Of a DNA stretch of 64,000 nucleotides, positions 18,218-31,076 are shown one piece after another; position 1 is the first letter of the stretch, and every line of letters starts with the position of its first letter. The DNA lies in NCBI GenBank assembly GCA_022616435.1, contig JAKEET010000045.1:18013-82012 (forward strand). Reading direction: 5' to 3'. A program made the translations under genes and the position numbers. This DNA comes from Gemmataceae bacterium (GTDB taxonomy: Bacteria; Planctomycetota; Planctomycetia; Gemmatales; Gemmataceae). The notes under the pieces were generated by a model. That model did not search any database, was not told the origin of the DNA, and saw only the letters and a list, made by a program, of their open reading frames with translations.

Positions 18218-21200
18218 TGGAGATCGTCGTGAACGGGAATGGATTCCATCACCGGGAATTGCCGCGCCGCCTCGGCGCGTTCGCCGCCCTCGCCGTCGTC
18301 GTCGCCGCCACGGTGTTCGCGTGCCACCGGCGGCCGGACTGGTTCGCACAGAGTCACGGTCAAGAACCCGGCGCTACGTACGGCGAGGTCAACCTGCTAT
18401 TCCAATCCAAGGAGCAAGCCTTCCGCAAGAGCGTCGGCTGCATCCAGTGCCACGAAGGCGCCCACGATCCGCACTACAAGGAAACGCTGAACCTGGGCTG
18501 CTGCGATTGCCACGGCGGCGATCCCACAACGACGGTCAAGGAATACGCCCACGTGGCGCCGCGCTTCCGCGATGCGTGGAAAAACTCCGGCAACCCCGTC
18601 CGCTCGTACACGCTGCTCAATCACGAAGCGCCCGAGTTCATCCGCTTCGTCAACCCCGGCGACTTGCGCGTCGCCCACATCAGTTGCGGCACGGCCGGCT
18701 GCCACGGCGCCGAGGTGATGCAGAACAAGATGAGCATGATGACCCACGGCTGCATGCTCTGGGGCGCCGCCCTCTACAACAACGGCGCCTTTCCGCTGAA
18801 GCAGGCCCGCTACGGCGAGAGCTACAGCATCAACGGCGTGCCGCAGCGCCTGCAAACCTGGCCGCCGCCCACCGCGGAAGAGATCACCAAGAAAGGCGTC
18901 GTCCCCTATCTCGATCCCCTGCCCCGCTTCGAGATGTCGCAGCCCGGCAACATCCTCCGCTTCTTCGAGCGCGGCGGCCGCTTCTTCCCCGAGATCGGCA
19001 TCCCCGAACGCCTCGAGGAATCCGGCAAGCCGCGCACCCGCCTCAGCATTCGCGGCCTGGGGACCCTCAACCGCACCGACCCGACTTTCGTCGGCCTGCA
19101 GCGCACCCGGCTGCTCGATCCGACGCTCAACTTCCTCGGGACCAACGATCACGCCGGCGACTATCGCTCCAGCGGCTGCACCGCCTGTCACATGGTCTAC
19201 GCGAATGATCGCTCGCCGATCCACTCCGGGCCGTACGCGAAGTACGGCCACCGCGGCACGTCGGCGAGCACCGATCCGACGATTCCCAGGGACGAGCCGG
19301 GCCATCCGATCGAGCACCGGTTCACCCGCGCCATCCCGACGAGCCAGTGCATCGTCTGCCACGTCCACCCCGGCACCAGCGTCATGAACAGCTACCTCGG
19401 CTACATGTGGTGGGACGAGGAAACCGACGGCCATCTCATGTATCCGAAGAAGCAGAAGTACCCCACGGCCGAGGAGTTCGTGCAGGCGGCGCTCAACAAC
19501 CCCGACGAGGCGTCGGCCCGTGGGCTGTGGTCCGACCCGGCGTTTCTCGAACGTGTGTCGGAGCTGAACCCGCACCTGAGGCACACGCAGTTCGCGGATT
19601 TCAACGGCCACGGCTGGGTGTTCCGCGCCGTGTTCAAGAAGGACCGCCGCGGGAACTTCCTCGATCACCAGGGCAAGATCATTCCGCACGTGTCAACCCA
19701 GCACTTGATGACGGCCATGAAGGTCCCGGAATTCGCGAAGGAGAAGTACCGCCAGCCGGAAACCCCCTCACCCCCAGCCCCTCTCCCCCGCGGCGGTGGC
19801 GGGGGGCGCAACGAGGTCGTCTCCGGCCGGGCCACTCCCGTCAACCGCGACGGCATCCCGGTCCACCTGATGGACATCCATCTGGAGCGCGGCATGCACT
19901 GCGTCGATTGCCATTTCGTGCAGGACGTTCACGGCAACGGCAAGCTGTACCAGGAAGTGCGGGCCGCCATCGAAATCCAGTGCGTCGATTGCCACGGCAC
20001 GATCACGAAGTATGGCGCGTTGCGCACCAGCGGGCCGGCCGCGGAAAAGGGTCCTGACACCTTTTTCGGGCGCGACCTGACGGCGCTGCGGACGCCGTTC
20101 GGCAAACGCCGCTTCGAGCAGCGCGGCGCCAGGATCATCCAGAATTCGATGGTCGAGAAGGACCTGAGCTGGGAAGTCCCGCAAGTGAAGGACGTGATCA
20201 CGCCCGGTCATCCGCGGTACAACCAGCTCGGCCATCTTGCCAAGACCGTGCGCTTCGAGTCGCAGGACAAGAACCACTTCGCCTGGGGAAGTGTGCCCGG
20301 CGGCGACGAGTGCAAGGTCGCCCACGCCAACCAGCGGATGAGCTGCATCGCCTGCCACTCGGCGTGGAACCCGAGCTGCTTCGGCTGCCATCTGCCGCAG
20401 CGGGCCAACAAGAAGATGCCCGGCCTGCACAACGAAGGCGAGGTGACCCGCAACTACGTCGCCTACAACTTCCAGACCCTGCGCGACGACGTCTTCATGC
20501 TGGCCAGGGACGGCGACGTCACCGGCAACCGCATCGGCCCGGCCCGGTCCTCGTGCGCCATCCACGTCGGCTCGTACACCGGCAACCGCGACTCCATCTA
20601 CGTCCAGCAGCAGACCATCTCAGCCGACGGCCTCAGCGGCATCGCCTTCAGCACCAACGTCCCGCACACCGTCCGCGGCGGGCCGGCGCGCGGCAAGGAC
20701 GGCCGCTATCTCCACCCGGAGGCGTACATCGGCGGCCGCGGCGAGACCAAGCAGTGCAGCGATTGCCACGTTTCGAAGAACGAGGACAACAACGCCATCA
20801 TGGCCCAGCTCCTGATGCACGGCACCGGTTACGTGAATTTCATGGGCCGCTATTGCTGGGTGGCGGCCAAGGACCACGGACTTTTCGGCGTCGCCGTCAC
20901 CGAGCTGGACGAGCCGCAGGCGGTGATCGGCAGCTATCTCCATCGCCTGGCGTTCCCGGACTTCTTCAAGAAGCATCACGACCGCGGCTACAAGCTCGAC
21001 AAGGCCCACGAGCACCCCGGCATCGACATCGGCGACAAGTTGCGGCGCCCGCTCAAGAAGGCCAACGTGCTGCAGGTGCAGCCGCGCGGCGAGTTCTTGG
21101 TCGCGGCGTGCGGCGAGTTCGGGGTGCGGGTGTTCGACATCGCCTTCATCGACAACAAGTCGTTCTCGGAGCGGATCTTGACGGCCCCGGTGTCGCCGCT

Positions 21201-22212
21201 GGGCCAGCAATTCTACGTGAAGACGGCGTTCGCCGCCGCGGTGGCGGCGCCCTGCACGCCCGCCCCCGATCCGACGCGCAACCAGAACCCGAAGAACAAG
21301 GAGCCGCAAGTTCATCCGCTCTTCGGATACCTGTACGTGGCCGACCTGCACGAAGGCTTGATCCTGATCGGCGCCGGCACGACCATCGACGGCAACCCGA
21401 CGAACAACTTCCTGCGCCGCGAGGTGACCTTCAACCCCGACGGCCTGCTCAACGGCGCTCGCAACGTGACCATCGTGGGCAACTACGCCTACGTGTGCTG
21501 CGACGCAGGCCTGGTGGTCGTCAGCATCGACAATCCGAAGAACCCGTACGTCACCGGCGTCGTCGGCGCGCCGTTCATCCGGGGCGCGCGGGCCGTGCAG
21601 GCCCAGTTCCGCTACGCCTTCGTGTGCGACGGCGAAGGGGTGAAGGTGCTCGACATCACCGATCCGGCCAGGCCGGCGCCGGTCAGCGCCGTGCGGATTG
21701 CCGATGCCCGGAACATCTACCTGGCGCGCACCTATGCGTACGTCGCGGCCGGGCATCAAGGGTTGGTGATCCTCGACATCACGAAGCCGACGCGGCCGGC
21801 GCTCGACCAGGTGTACAACGCCGGCGGGCATCTGAATGACGTGAACGACGTGAAGCTCGGCATCACCTACGTCAGCGAGTTCGCGTACATCGCCGACGGC
21901 CACAACGGCCTGCGGGTGGTGCAGCTCACGTCGCCGGAGACGCCGGGCAACCAGGGCTTCAGTCCGCGGCCGACGCCGCACCTGGTCGCGACCTTCCCGA
22001 TCCCCGAAGGCGGGCACGCGCTGTCCGTGGGACGGGCGCTGGATCGCGACCGCGCCGTCGATGAAAGCGGCAATGCCATTGGGGTGTTCGGCCGGATCGG
22101 GGCGCGGGCCCTCAATTTCGACGAGCAGCGGAAAATGTACCTCCGCAACGGAAGCGTGTGGCGGGTAAGCGACGATCCGGCGGATGGGATGTATCGCCAT
22201 CAACAGAAATGA
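18217..22212 (+). CDS. giant multiheme cytochrome c (~10 hemes) with C-terminal LVIVD-repeat β-propeller domain
   Basis: N-terminal TM/signal (LGAFAALAVVVAATVFA). Heme motifs CIQCH, CCDCH, CTACH, CIVCH, CVDCH x2, CIACH, CFGCH and CSDCH, plus a CGTAGCH (CX4CH) site. The C-terminus has repeated YAYVCCDAGLVVVSIDNPKNP / YAFVCDGEGVKVLDITDPARP / YAYVAAGHQGLVILDITKPTRP / FAYIADGHNGLRVVQLTSPETP blocks typical of LVIVD repeats. The upstream 1850-aa track ORF beginning at 16660 is an out-of-frame extension and is rejected. Confidence 0.8.
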   Translation: MEIVVNGNGFHHRELPRRLGAFAALAVVVAATVFACHRRPDWFAQSHGQEPGATYGEVNLLFQSKEQAFRKSVGCIQCHEGAHDPHYKETLNLGCCDCHGGDPTTTVKEYAHVAPRFRDAWKNSGNPVRSYTLLNHEAPEFIRFVNPGDLRVAHISCGTAGCHGAEVMQNKMSMMTHGCMLWGAALYNNGAFPLKQARYGESYSINGVPQRLQTWPPPTAEEITKKGVVPYLDPLPRFEMSQPGNILRFFERGGRFFPEIGIPERLEESGKPRTRLSIRGLGTLNRTDPTFVGLQRTRLLDPTLNFLGTNDHAGDYRSSGCTACHMVYANDRSPIHSGPYAKYGHRGTSASTDPTIPRDEPGHPIEHRFTRAIPTSQCIVCHVHPGTSVMNSYLGYMWWDEETDGHLMYPKKQKYPTAEEFVQAALNNPDEASARGLWSDPAFLERVSELNPHLRHTQFADFNGHGWVFRAVFKKDRRGNFLDHQGKIIPHVSTQHLMTAMKVPEFAKEKYRQPETPSPPAPLPRGGGGGRNEVVSGRATPVNRDGIPVHLMDIHLERGMHCVDCHFVQDVHGNGKLYQEVRAAIEIQCVDCHGTITKYGALRTSGPAAEKGPDTFFGRDLTALRTPFGKRRFEQRGARIIQNSMVEKDLSWEVPQVKDVITPGHPRYNQLGHLAKTVRFESQDKNHFAWGSVPGGDECKVAHANQRMSCIACHSAWNPSCFGCHLPQRANKKMPGLHNEGEVTRNYVAYNFQTLRDDVFMLARDGDVTGNRIGPARSSCAIHVGSYTGNRDSIYVQQQTISADGLSGIAFSTNVPHTVRGGPARGKDGRYLHPEAYIGGRGETKQCSDCHVSKNEDNNAIMAQLLMHGTGYVNFMGRYCWVAAKDHGLFGVAVTELDEPQAVIGSYLHRLAFPDFFKKHHDRGYKLDKAHEHPGIDIGDKLRRPLKKANVLQVQPRGEFLVAACGEFGVRVFDIAFIDNKSFSERILTAPVSPLGQQFYVKTAFAAAVAAPCTPAPDPTRNQNPKNKEPQVHPLFGYLYVADLHEGLILIGAGTTIDGNPTNNFLRREVTFNPDGLLNGARNVTIVGNYAYVCCDAGLVVVSIDNPKNPYVTGVVGAPFIRGARAVQAQFRYAFVCDGEGVKVLDITDPARPAPVSAVRIADARNIYLARTYAYVAAGHQGLVILDITKPTRPALDQVYNAGGHLNDVNDVKLGITYVSEFAYIADGHNGLRVVQLTSPETPGNQGFSPRPTPHLVATFPIPEGGHALSVGRALDRDRAVDESGNAIGVFGRIGARALNFDEQRKMYLRNGSVWRVSDDPADGMYRHQQK

Positions 22213-22247
22213 TGAGACGTTTTAGGCCGGGTTGATGACGTTTAGCC

Positions 22248-22337
22248 CCGGCTCGAAGAACCGGGGCGGACAAGATCCCGCGCGTGGGATTCAGCCATTG
22301 CCAGCCGCCTGTCCGCCCCGGTTCTTCGAACCGGGGC
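22248..22337. repeat. REP-like palindrome family C (GTTTAGCCCCGG[C/T]TCG[A/C]AGAACCGGGGCGGAC arms, ~34 bp), between convergent cytochrome genes. A related tandem array is at 37199-37290
   Basis: A near-perfect inverted repeat is read directly in the sequence. It acts as a likely bidirectional terminator. Confidence 0.65.
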
Positions 22338-22341
22338 TAAA

Positions 22342-23721
22342 CTATTCGCGCAGGCGGCGAACGATCGAGCGCGGGTCCACATCGCCGCGCGGCGTGGCGT
22401 ACCCGGGCGGCAGGGCGCGCACATCCAGCAACGACTTCAAACGCTCGCCAAGGGCCGTATCCTTCGCCGTCTGGTTCAGCGCGACGAATGCCAGGTAAAG
22501 CTGCTCCGCCTCATCCCAGCTCGTGACGTTGTCCGACATCAGCAGGCCCTGGATTTTCCCAAGCGCGAACGGGCCGCCCCCATCCCAAGCGTTCACCGGG
22601 GCGTGCAACCGCCGCAACTCGACGAGGGCGGCGTCGATCTTCTCCACCGCCACATCCCGCGCCGGCCGCGGCTTCGCCATGATCCGCTTCAGCTCATCGA
22701 GCGCCGGCGTCCCTGTCGCGCCGGCAGCGCCGGCAAGCCAGCGCGGCATCGAGAAGTACCACGTCCCCCACGCCAGCGCGCCCCGGCGACCGAGTGGTCG
22801 CCGCCAGGTTGGCTCCTGCAAATCGTGGTGGCAGGCGGTGCAATCGTATTCCGCGAACTCCGGCCACACCGCAGTCGTGCGGTGCTTCAACAACTCAAGC
22901 GCGGCCGCCGCGCTCACGACCTGGCCGGCCGCCCACAGCTGGTTCTCGTTGCGCGGCCTGGGCTTCCAGTGCGGCGGCAGATTGGCGACGAACGCGCTGG
23001 CCTCGAAGGCCAGCCGTGGATGGCCGGCGGCGATCAGGTCGTGATTGACGTCGCGCACCGGCGCCCCGTTGCCAGGAGGCGCGCCGACGTGACAGCCGGC
23101 GCAAGCCTTCACGAGCGCCGCGGGGTCGCCGAGCGGAACCAGGCCGTGCTCGCGGAATTTTTCCTCGGCCGATTTCGTCTGCCATTCCTTCGTTAGATGC
23201 GCGTCGAGCCAGCGCGGCGCCGTGCCGTGACAGGCTTCGCAGCCGACGCCGGCGGCGCGTTCACGGCGGATCGAGGCGGCGTCCACCGAATCCTGGATCG
23301 GTCCGGACGCGGCCGGTTGCGTGTGGCAGCTCAGACATGCCGCGGCTTCGTGGGCCCCGCGCGGCAAGCCGAGCCGCCTGGCGATCTCCTGGGCGAGCGG
23401 CTCATGCAGCGTCCGGTAGGCGCGGGTGTGCGGATCGTGCTGGACCCACAACGTGTATTCCATCTGCCAGGAAGTCGCGCGCTCGATGGCGTCGAGGCTG
23501 CCGTGACAGGATCGGCCGGCGCACGATGCGGTCCCGGCGAAGGGACTTGACGATGTCGCCGGCGTGAGCCGCGGCGGCGCACCATCGTCCGCCTTCGGCG
23601 CCGCCACGGGCGGCCGGCGCCACCAGACGACGCCCACGATCACAAGGACCATGGCGCCGACGACCACGAGGCCGCGTGATGTCAACATGAGGACTCCGAC
23701 GTCGTTTCGCCAGGCTGGCAT
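22342..23721 (-). CDS. pentaheme cytochrome c, paralog 3 (TM/signal anchored). An alternative start is at M12 (23688)
   Basis: CAGRSCH, CLSCH, CEACH, CAGCH and CTACHH motifs. It shares the AAGHPRL and DCTACHHDL blocks with the two + strand paralogs. The sense-strand ORFs here are Arg/Ala junk. Confidence 0.8.
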   Translation of the reverse strand: MPAWRNDVGVLMLTSRGLVVVGAMVLVIVGVVWWRRPPVAAPKADDGAPPRLTPATSSSPFAGTASCAGRSCHGSLDAIERATSWQMEYTLWVQHDPHTRAYRTLHEPLAQEIARRLGLPRGAHEAAACLSCHTQPAASGPIQDSVDAASIRRERAAGVGCEACHGTAPRWLDAHLTKEWQTKSAEEKFREHGLVPLGDPAALVKACAGCHVGAPPGNGAPVRDVNHDLIAAGHPRLAFEASAFVANLPPHWKPRPRNENQLWAAGQVVSAAAALELLKHRTTAVWPEFAEYDCTACHHDLQEPTWRRPLGRRGALAWGTWYFSMPRWLAGAAGATGTPALDELKRIMAKPRPARDVAVEKIDAALVELRRLHAPVNAWDGGGPFALGKIQGLLMSDNVTSWDEAEQLYLAFVALNQTAKDTALGERLKSLLDVRALPPGYATPRGDVDPRSIVRRLRE

Positions 23722-23758
23722 TCAGTTTTCGAATGCTCCTGGATATCATGTTGGCTAT

Positions 23759-25585
23759 ATGAGTTCTGGCAATGCGAGCGCCGCTTGGGAAGTCGATATC
23801 TTCGAGAACTTCAAGTCGGTGTTCAACGTGTCGTTCGTCGGCACCCTGGAGCTGGGGCGGCAGGATCGCGGCGAGCCGGCCCCGTACGGCGTCAAGGCCG
23901 AAGGCAAGCACACGCGGCTGGTGATCGCCTATCTGGAAGAGGACCGGGTGCCGCGCCGGTACCTGCGCATCGATCCGCAGCCGAACGGGACCGTCACGAT
24001 CACCAACCTGAGTCCGCGCGTCCCGATCCGGATGGAACAGGGGCCGCTGGTCAAGCCGGACGGGCAGCTGACGCTGCCGCCGCCGTTGACGCTGCTGATC
24101 GAGCACCGGGCGGTGCGCGTGCAGCCGTCGTCGGCGTCGGCGGCCAACCTGCAATCGCTCCCCGATTCGACGATGGCGCCGTTCCAGCACGTGTCGCTGT
24201 CGGGCAACATTTCCAGCATCATCGGCAAGGGCGAGGAAAACGTCACGGGCGTGGTCCGCTGGCTGCAGGCGGCGATGGGCGTCTTGCAAAGCGCCGCCGG
24301 CTCCTCGGATTTCTTCCAGCGCGCCGCCCGCGCCGTCGTCGACCTGGTCGGCCTCGACAGTTGCCGCGTGCTGCTGCGCGAGCAAGGGGCCTGGAGAATG
24401 CAGGCGCTGCAGACCGCCGAGGGGGTGCCGCGGCTGGGCGACGCCCAGGGCAGCCGCCACATCCTCGACAAGATCCTCCAGGAGAAACGGACCTTCTGGG
24501 AGCTGCCGAGTGCGAACTTCACCGCCAGCCTGATGGGGGTCAAGGCCCTGGTGGCGGCGCCGATCCTCAGTCCCCAGGGCGACGTGATCGGCGTCCTGTA
24601 CGGCGACCGCTCGAGCAAGTCCGACGGCCTGCGGCCGATCACGCACATCGAAGCCTTGCTGGTCGAGCTGCTGGCGAGCGGCGTCGCCGCCGGGCTGGCC
24701 CGCGTCGAGCAGGAACAGGCGGCGCTGCGCGCCCAGGTGACGTTTCAGCAATATTTCACGCCGCGGCTGTCGCGGCGGCTGGCCGACAACCCGGAGCTGC
24801 TCGACCCGCGCGACGAGGAAGTCAGCGTCTTGTTCTGCGACATCCGCGCGTTCAGCCGCATCACCGAGCGCCTGGGCACCAAGCGGACGGTCAACTGGAT
24901 CGGCGACGTGCTGGGCGTGCTCTCGGAGTGCGTGATGCGCGAAGAAGGCACGCTGGTCGATTACGTCGGCGACGAATTGATGGCGATCTGGGGGGCGCCC
25001 GACGAGCAGCCGGACCACGCGCGGCGCGCGTGCCGGGCGGGCCTGGACATGCTGGCTCAGCTCCCGGCCCTCAACCAGCGCTGGCAGACGGAGCTGAGCG
25101 AGCCGATCCGCGTCGGCATCGGCATCAACAGCGGCGTGGCGTCGGTGGGCAACATCGGCTCGCACATCAAGTTCAAGTACGGTCCGCGCGGCACCATCGT
25201 CAACGTCGCCAGCCGCGTGCAAGGGGCCAACAAGTTCTGGAAGACGTCGCTCCTGGTCACCGGATCGACGCACGCCCAGCTCGACGGCGCGTTCGGCTCG
25301 CGCCGGCTCGGCGCCGTGCGCGTCGTGAACATCGCCGAGCCGGTGACGCTGCACGAAGTCGTCCCGCCCGGCCTGGCGCCGTGGCCGAAGCTGGAGCGCG
25401 ATTACGAAGCCGCGCTGGCGCACTTCGAAAAGCAAGAGTTCCGCGAGACGGTGCGCGTCCTGGGCAACCTGCTTCCCGATTATCCCGACGACGGGCCGAC
25501 CTTCGTGCTGATGGCCCGGGCCGTGCAGTGCCTCGTCGATGAGCCGGAGACCTTCGACCCGGTGTGGAGCCTGCCGGGGAAGTGA
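23759..25585 (+). CDS. class III adenylate/guanylate cyclase with N-terminal FHA-like and GAF-like regions
   Basis: The C-terminal catalytic domain has EVSVLFCDIRAFSRITERLG...LVDYVGDELMAIWGAP...IRVGIGINSGVASVGNIGS. A GAF-like block reads ALVAAPILSPQGDVIGVLYGDRS. The ATG at 23759 is preceded by a poor SD, and the track ORF begins upstream at 23564 and overlaps the divergent cytochrome. Confidence 0.75.
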   Translation: MSSGNASAAWEVDIFENFKSVFNVSFVGTLELGRQDRGEPAPYGVKAEGKHTRLVIAYLEEDRVPRRYLRIDPQPNGTVTITNLSPRVPIRMEQGPLVKPDGQLTLPPPLTLLIEHRAVRVQPSSASAANLQSLPDSTMAPFQHVSLSGNISSIIGKGEENVTGVVRWLQAAMGVLQSAAGSSDFFQRAARAVVDLVGLDSCRVLLREQGAWRMQALQTAEGVPRLGDAQGSRHILDKILQEKRTFWELPSANFTASLMGVKALVAAPILSPQGDVIGVLYGDRSSKSDGLRPITHIEALLVELLASGVAAGLARVEQEQAALRAQVTFQQYFTPRLSRRLADNPELLDPRDEEVSVLFCDIRAFSRITERLGTKRTVNWIGDVLGVLSECVMREEGTLVDYVGDELMAIWGAPDEQPDHARRACRAGLDMLAQLPALNQRWQTELSEPIRVGIGINSGVASVGNIGSHIKFKYGPRGTIVNVASRVQGANKFWKTSLLVTGSTHAQLDGAFGSRRLGAVRVVNIAEPVTLHEVVPPGLAPWPKLERDYEAALAHFEKQEFRETVRVLGNLLPDYPDDGPTFVLMARAVQCLVDEPETFDPVWSLPGK

Positions 25586-25601
25586 CTGCCGCTTGACAGC
25601 A

Positions 25602-26813
25602 TCAATACCGCAGGTTGAACTGCACGAGCGCTTCCACGTCGTAGGGCCGCGGGCCAGTGACCGGCGTCGCCACGCCCAGGGTCAGCAGCGATCGCGCGCC
25701 GACGCCGAGGTGGACGCCGCCGGTGAGGACCACCAGGTCGAGGCCGCGAATCTCGTCGTTTTGGCTGCGGTGGTCGAGCGGCGTGGTCACGTGGACTTCA
25801 AGGGCGGGGATGACCGAGCGGACAAAGCCGTAGCGTTCCAGGAGCTGATAGCCGAAGCCGACGTCGTTGAACCAGACGGTGAGGTCGTTGTCATCGGTCG
25901 GAATGGCGATCGACGTGAAGCCGTAGACCAGCCGCCGGCCGCTGTTGATCTGGTAGCCCAGGAACGGCTGGATGAGGGTGGTGTGCAGCTCGCCGCTGGG
26001 GGTTTCGATATCGGGCCCGGTGGGGGCGGTGACGGCCAGGCCGAGGGACATGCCGGAGCCGGACTCGCGCTCCAGGAACGCCTCCGGCGCCCACTTGACG
26101 ATGAACGAGATGTCGCCGAGGTCCGCGTCCTCGAAGTCGCCGGTCTGCTGGAAGATCGGCACGCGGATGCCGAGCGAGAAGCGGTCGTCGAGGAACGATT
26201 TTTCCAGGCCGAAGGTCTCGCGATGGATGTCGCCGCGCGGCGCCGCGGCGCCGGGGACGAAGACGTCGGCGTCGAAGGTCTGGCCGCGGACGACGACCTT
26301 TTGGGTGGAGGCTTGGAGCGCATCGGCGCCGTCCGCGGGGCCCTGGACGTTGTTGTAATAGTTGTACGTGAAGTAGGCACGGGTGCCGGGCATGACCGTT
26401 TCGTTCTCGCCGATCTTGATGCCGCCGCGGCTGGCGACCGCGACACGGACCTTGCGCGTGCCGGTGAAGGGGACGTCGATGGTTCGCGTCGAATCCGGGA
26501 TCCGGAGCTTGGCCAGGGCGGGGATCGGGACGAGGACGAGGCTGTAGATGCCTTGATCGCCCATCATCTGGGGATACTGCGGGCGGGGCGCTTCGGCGAA
26601 TTGCGGCGGCGCCTCGGTCAAGTCGATCTGCGGCGGCGCGGTCTTGTCCTTATCCTTCTCCGGTTGCTGCTGCACCACCACGATGATCGGCGCGCCGGAG
26701 TTCACCGGCATCGGCGCCGATTTGGCCACTCCGGGCTCCAGGGCCGCGACGCCATGGGTTGCCAGGCAGAAGAACGTCAGGCCGCAAGCGAGCAGCGCCC
26801 ATCTCATGGTCAA
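25602..26813 (-). CDS. outer-membrane β-barrel protein, BBP7-like paralog
   Basis: MTMRWALLACGLTFFCLATHGVAA signal, a Pro/Gln-rich linker, β-strand pattern and C-terminal ...VQFNLRY. It is similar to 14577..15818. Confidence 0.6.
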   Translation of the reverse strand: MTMRWALLACGLTFFCLATHGVAALEPGVAKSAPMPVNSGAPIIVVVQQQPEKDKDKTAPPQIDLTEAPPQFAEAPRPQYPQMMGDQGIYSLVLVPIPALAKLRIPDSTRTIDVPFTGTRKVRVAVASRGGIKIGENETVMPGTRAYFTYNYYNNVQGPADGADALQASTQKVVVRGQTFDADVFVPGAAAPRGDIHRETFGLEKSFLDDRFSLGIRVPIFQQTGDFEDADLGDISFIVKWAPEAFLERESGSGMSLGLAVTAPTGPDIETPSGELHTTLIQPFLGYQINSGRRLVYGFTSIAIPTDDNDLTVWFNDVGFGYQLLERYGFVRSVIPALEVHVTTPLDHRSQNDEIRGLDLVVLTGGVHLGVGARSLLTLGVATPVTGPRPYDVEALVQFNLRY

Positions 26814-26992
26814 TCCTCAACCACGGGGCGGCACCCGACACATCCGCGCCAGGCGCCTGGATGCGACGTGTGCCGGTTCGGGGGAAGTTACGGTCAATAT
26901 CGGTTGCAGCGGCCGCGCGCGCGCAAACAACAAGAACTGCCGAGAACATGGGGCGTTTCGTCCGGGCAAGCTGTGGCGCTTGTGCCGAACAA

Positions 26993-27031
26993 ACGGCGGG
27001 AAAGGGGTCCGTCCCCTTTCCGGATAGCCTG

Positions 27032-27032
<1 letters not shown>
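26993..27032. repeat. REP-like palindrome family A copy (GGGAAAGGGGTCCGTCCCCTTTCCGGATAGCC)
   Basis: Hairpin directly 3' of the kinase stop codon. It is the reverse-orientation variant of the 5588 and 57243 copies. Confidence 0.6.
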
Positions 27033-30682
<3,650 letters not shown>

Positions 30683-31004
30683 CTGATCAGCCCTCTCCGT
30701 TCATCGCGAGGCTTCTATCTTGTCTATCCACTATTTGGGACGAAAGCGGCCTTCGGATCGATTGTGTCAGAGTCGTGGCATGGCCGCAAGGTTGAGTCAG
30801 GACATCTTGTTGGGCGGCTTGCCGTTTAGCGCTCACAGCATCCTGCGAGCGCGAAACGGCAAGCCGATGTCAACTCGCGAACCTTGGAGAATGTGCCGGA
30901 GTCTGCATTCCATGCGAACCGCCCGGCCGGCGGCGCTCGCGGCCCCGCAACGCGGTTGGCGGCGCGCGTTCCGTGAACGGGTTCTAACGACGGCGGTTGG
31001 CAAC

Positions 31005-31076
31005 GCGTGGTTAGCTCATTGGTAGAGCGCTAGGCTCAGGACCTAGAAGTAGTGGGTTCAACTCCCGCACCACGCT
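31005..31076 (+). tRNA. tRNA with anticodon CAG (which would read Leu CUG) but a class-I body with a 5-nt variable loop and U73 discriminator. The identity is atypical
   Basis: Manual fold: acceptor GCGTGGT/ACCACGC, D-arm TAGCTCATTGGTAGAGC, anticodon stem CTAGG/CCTAG with loop CTCAGGA (U33, G37), variable AAGTA, T-arm GTGGG-TTCAACT-CCCGC. CCA is not encoded. Confidence 0.65.
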
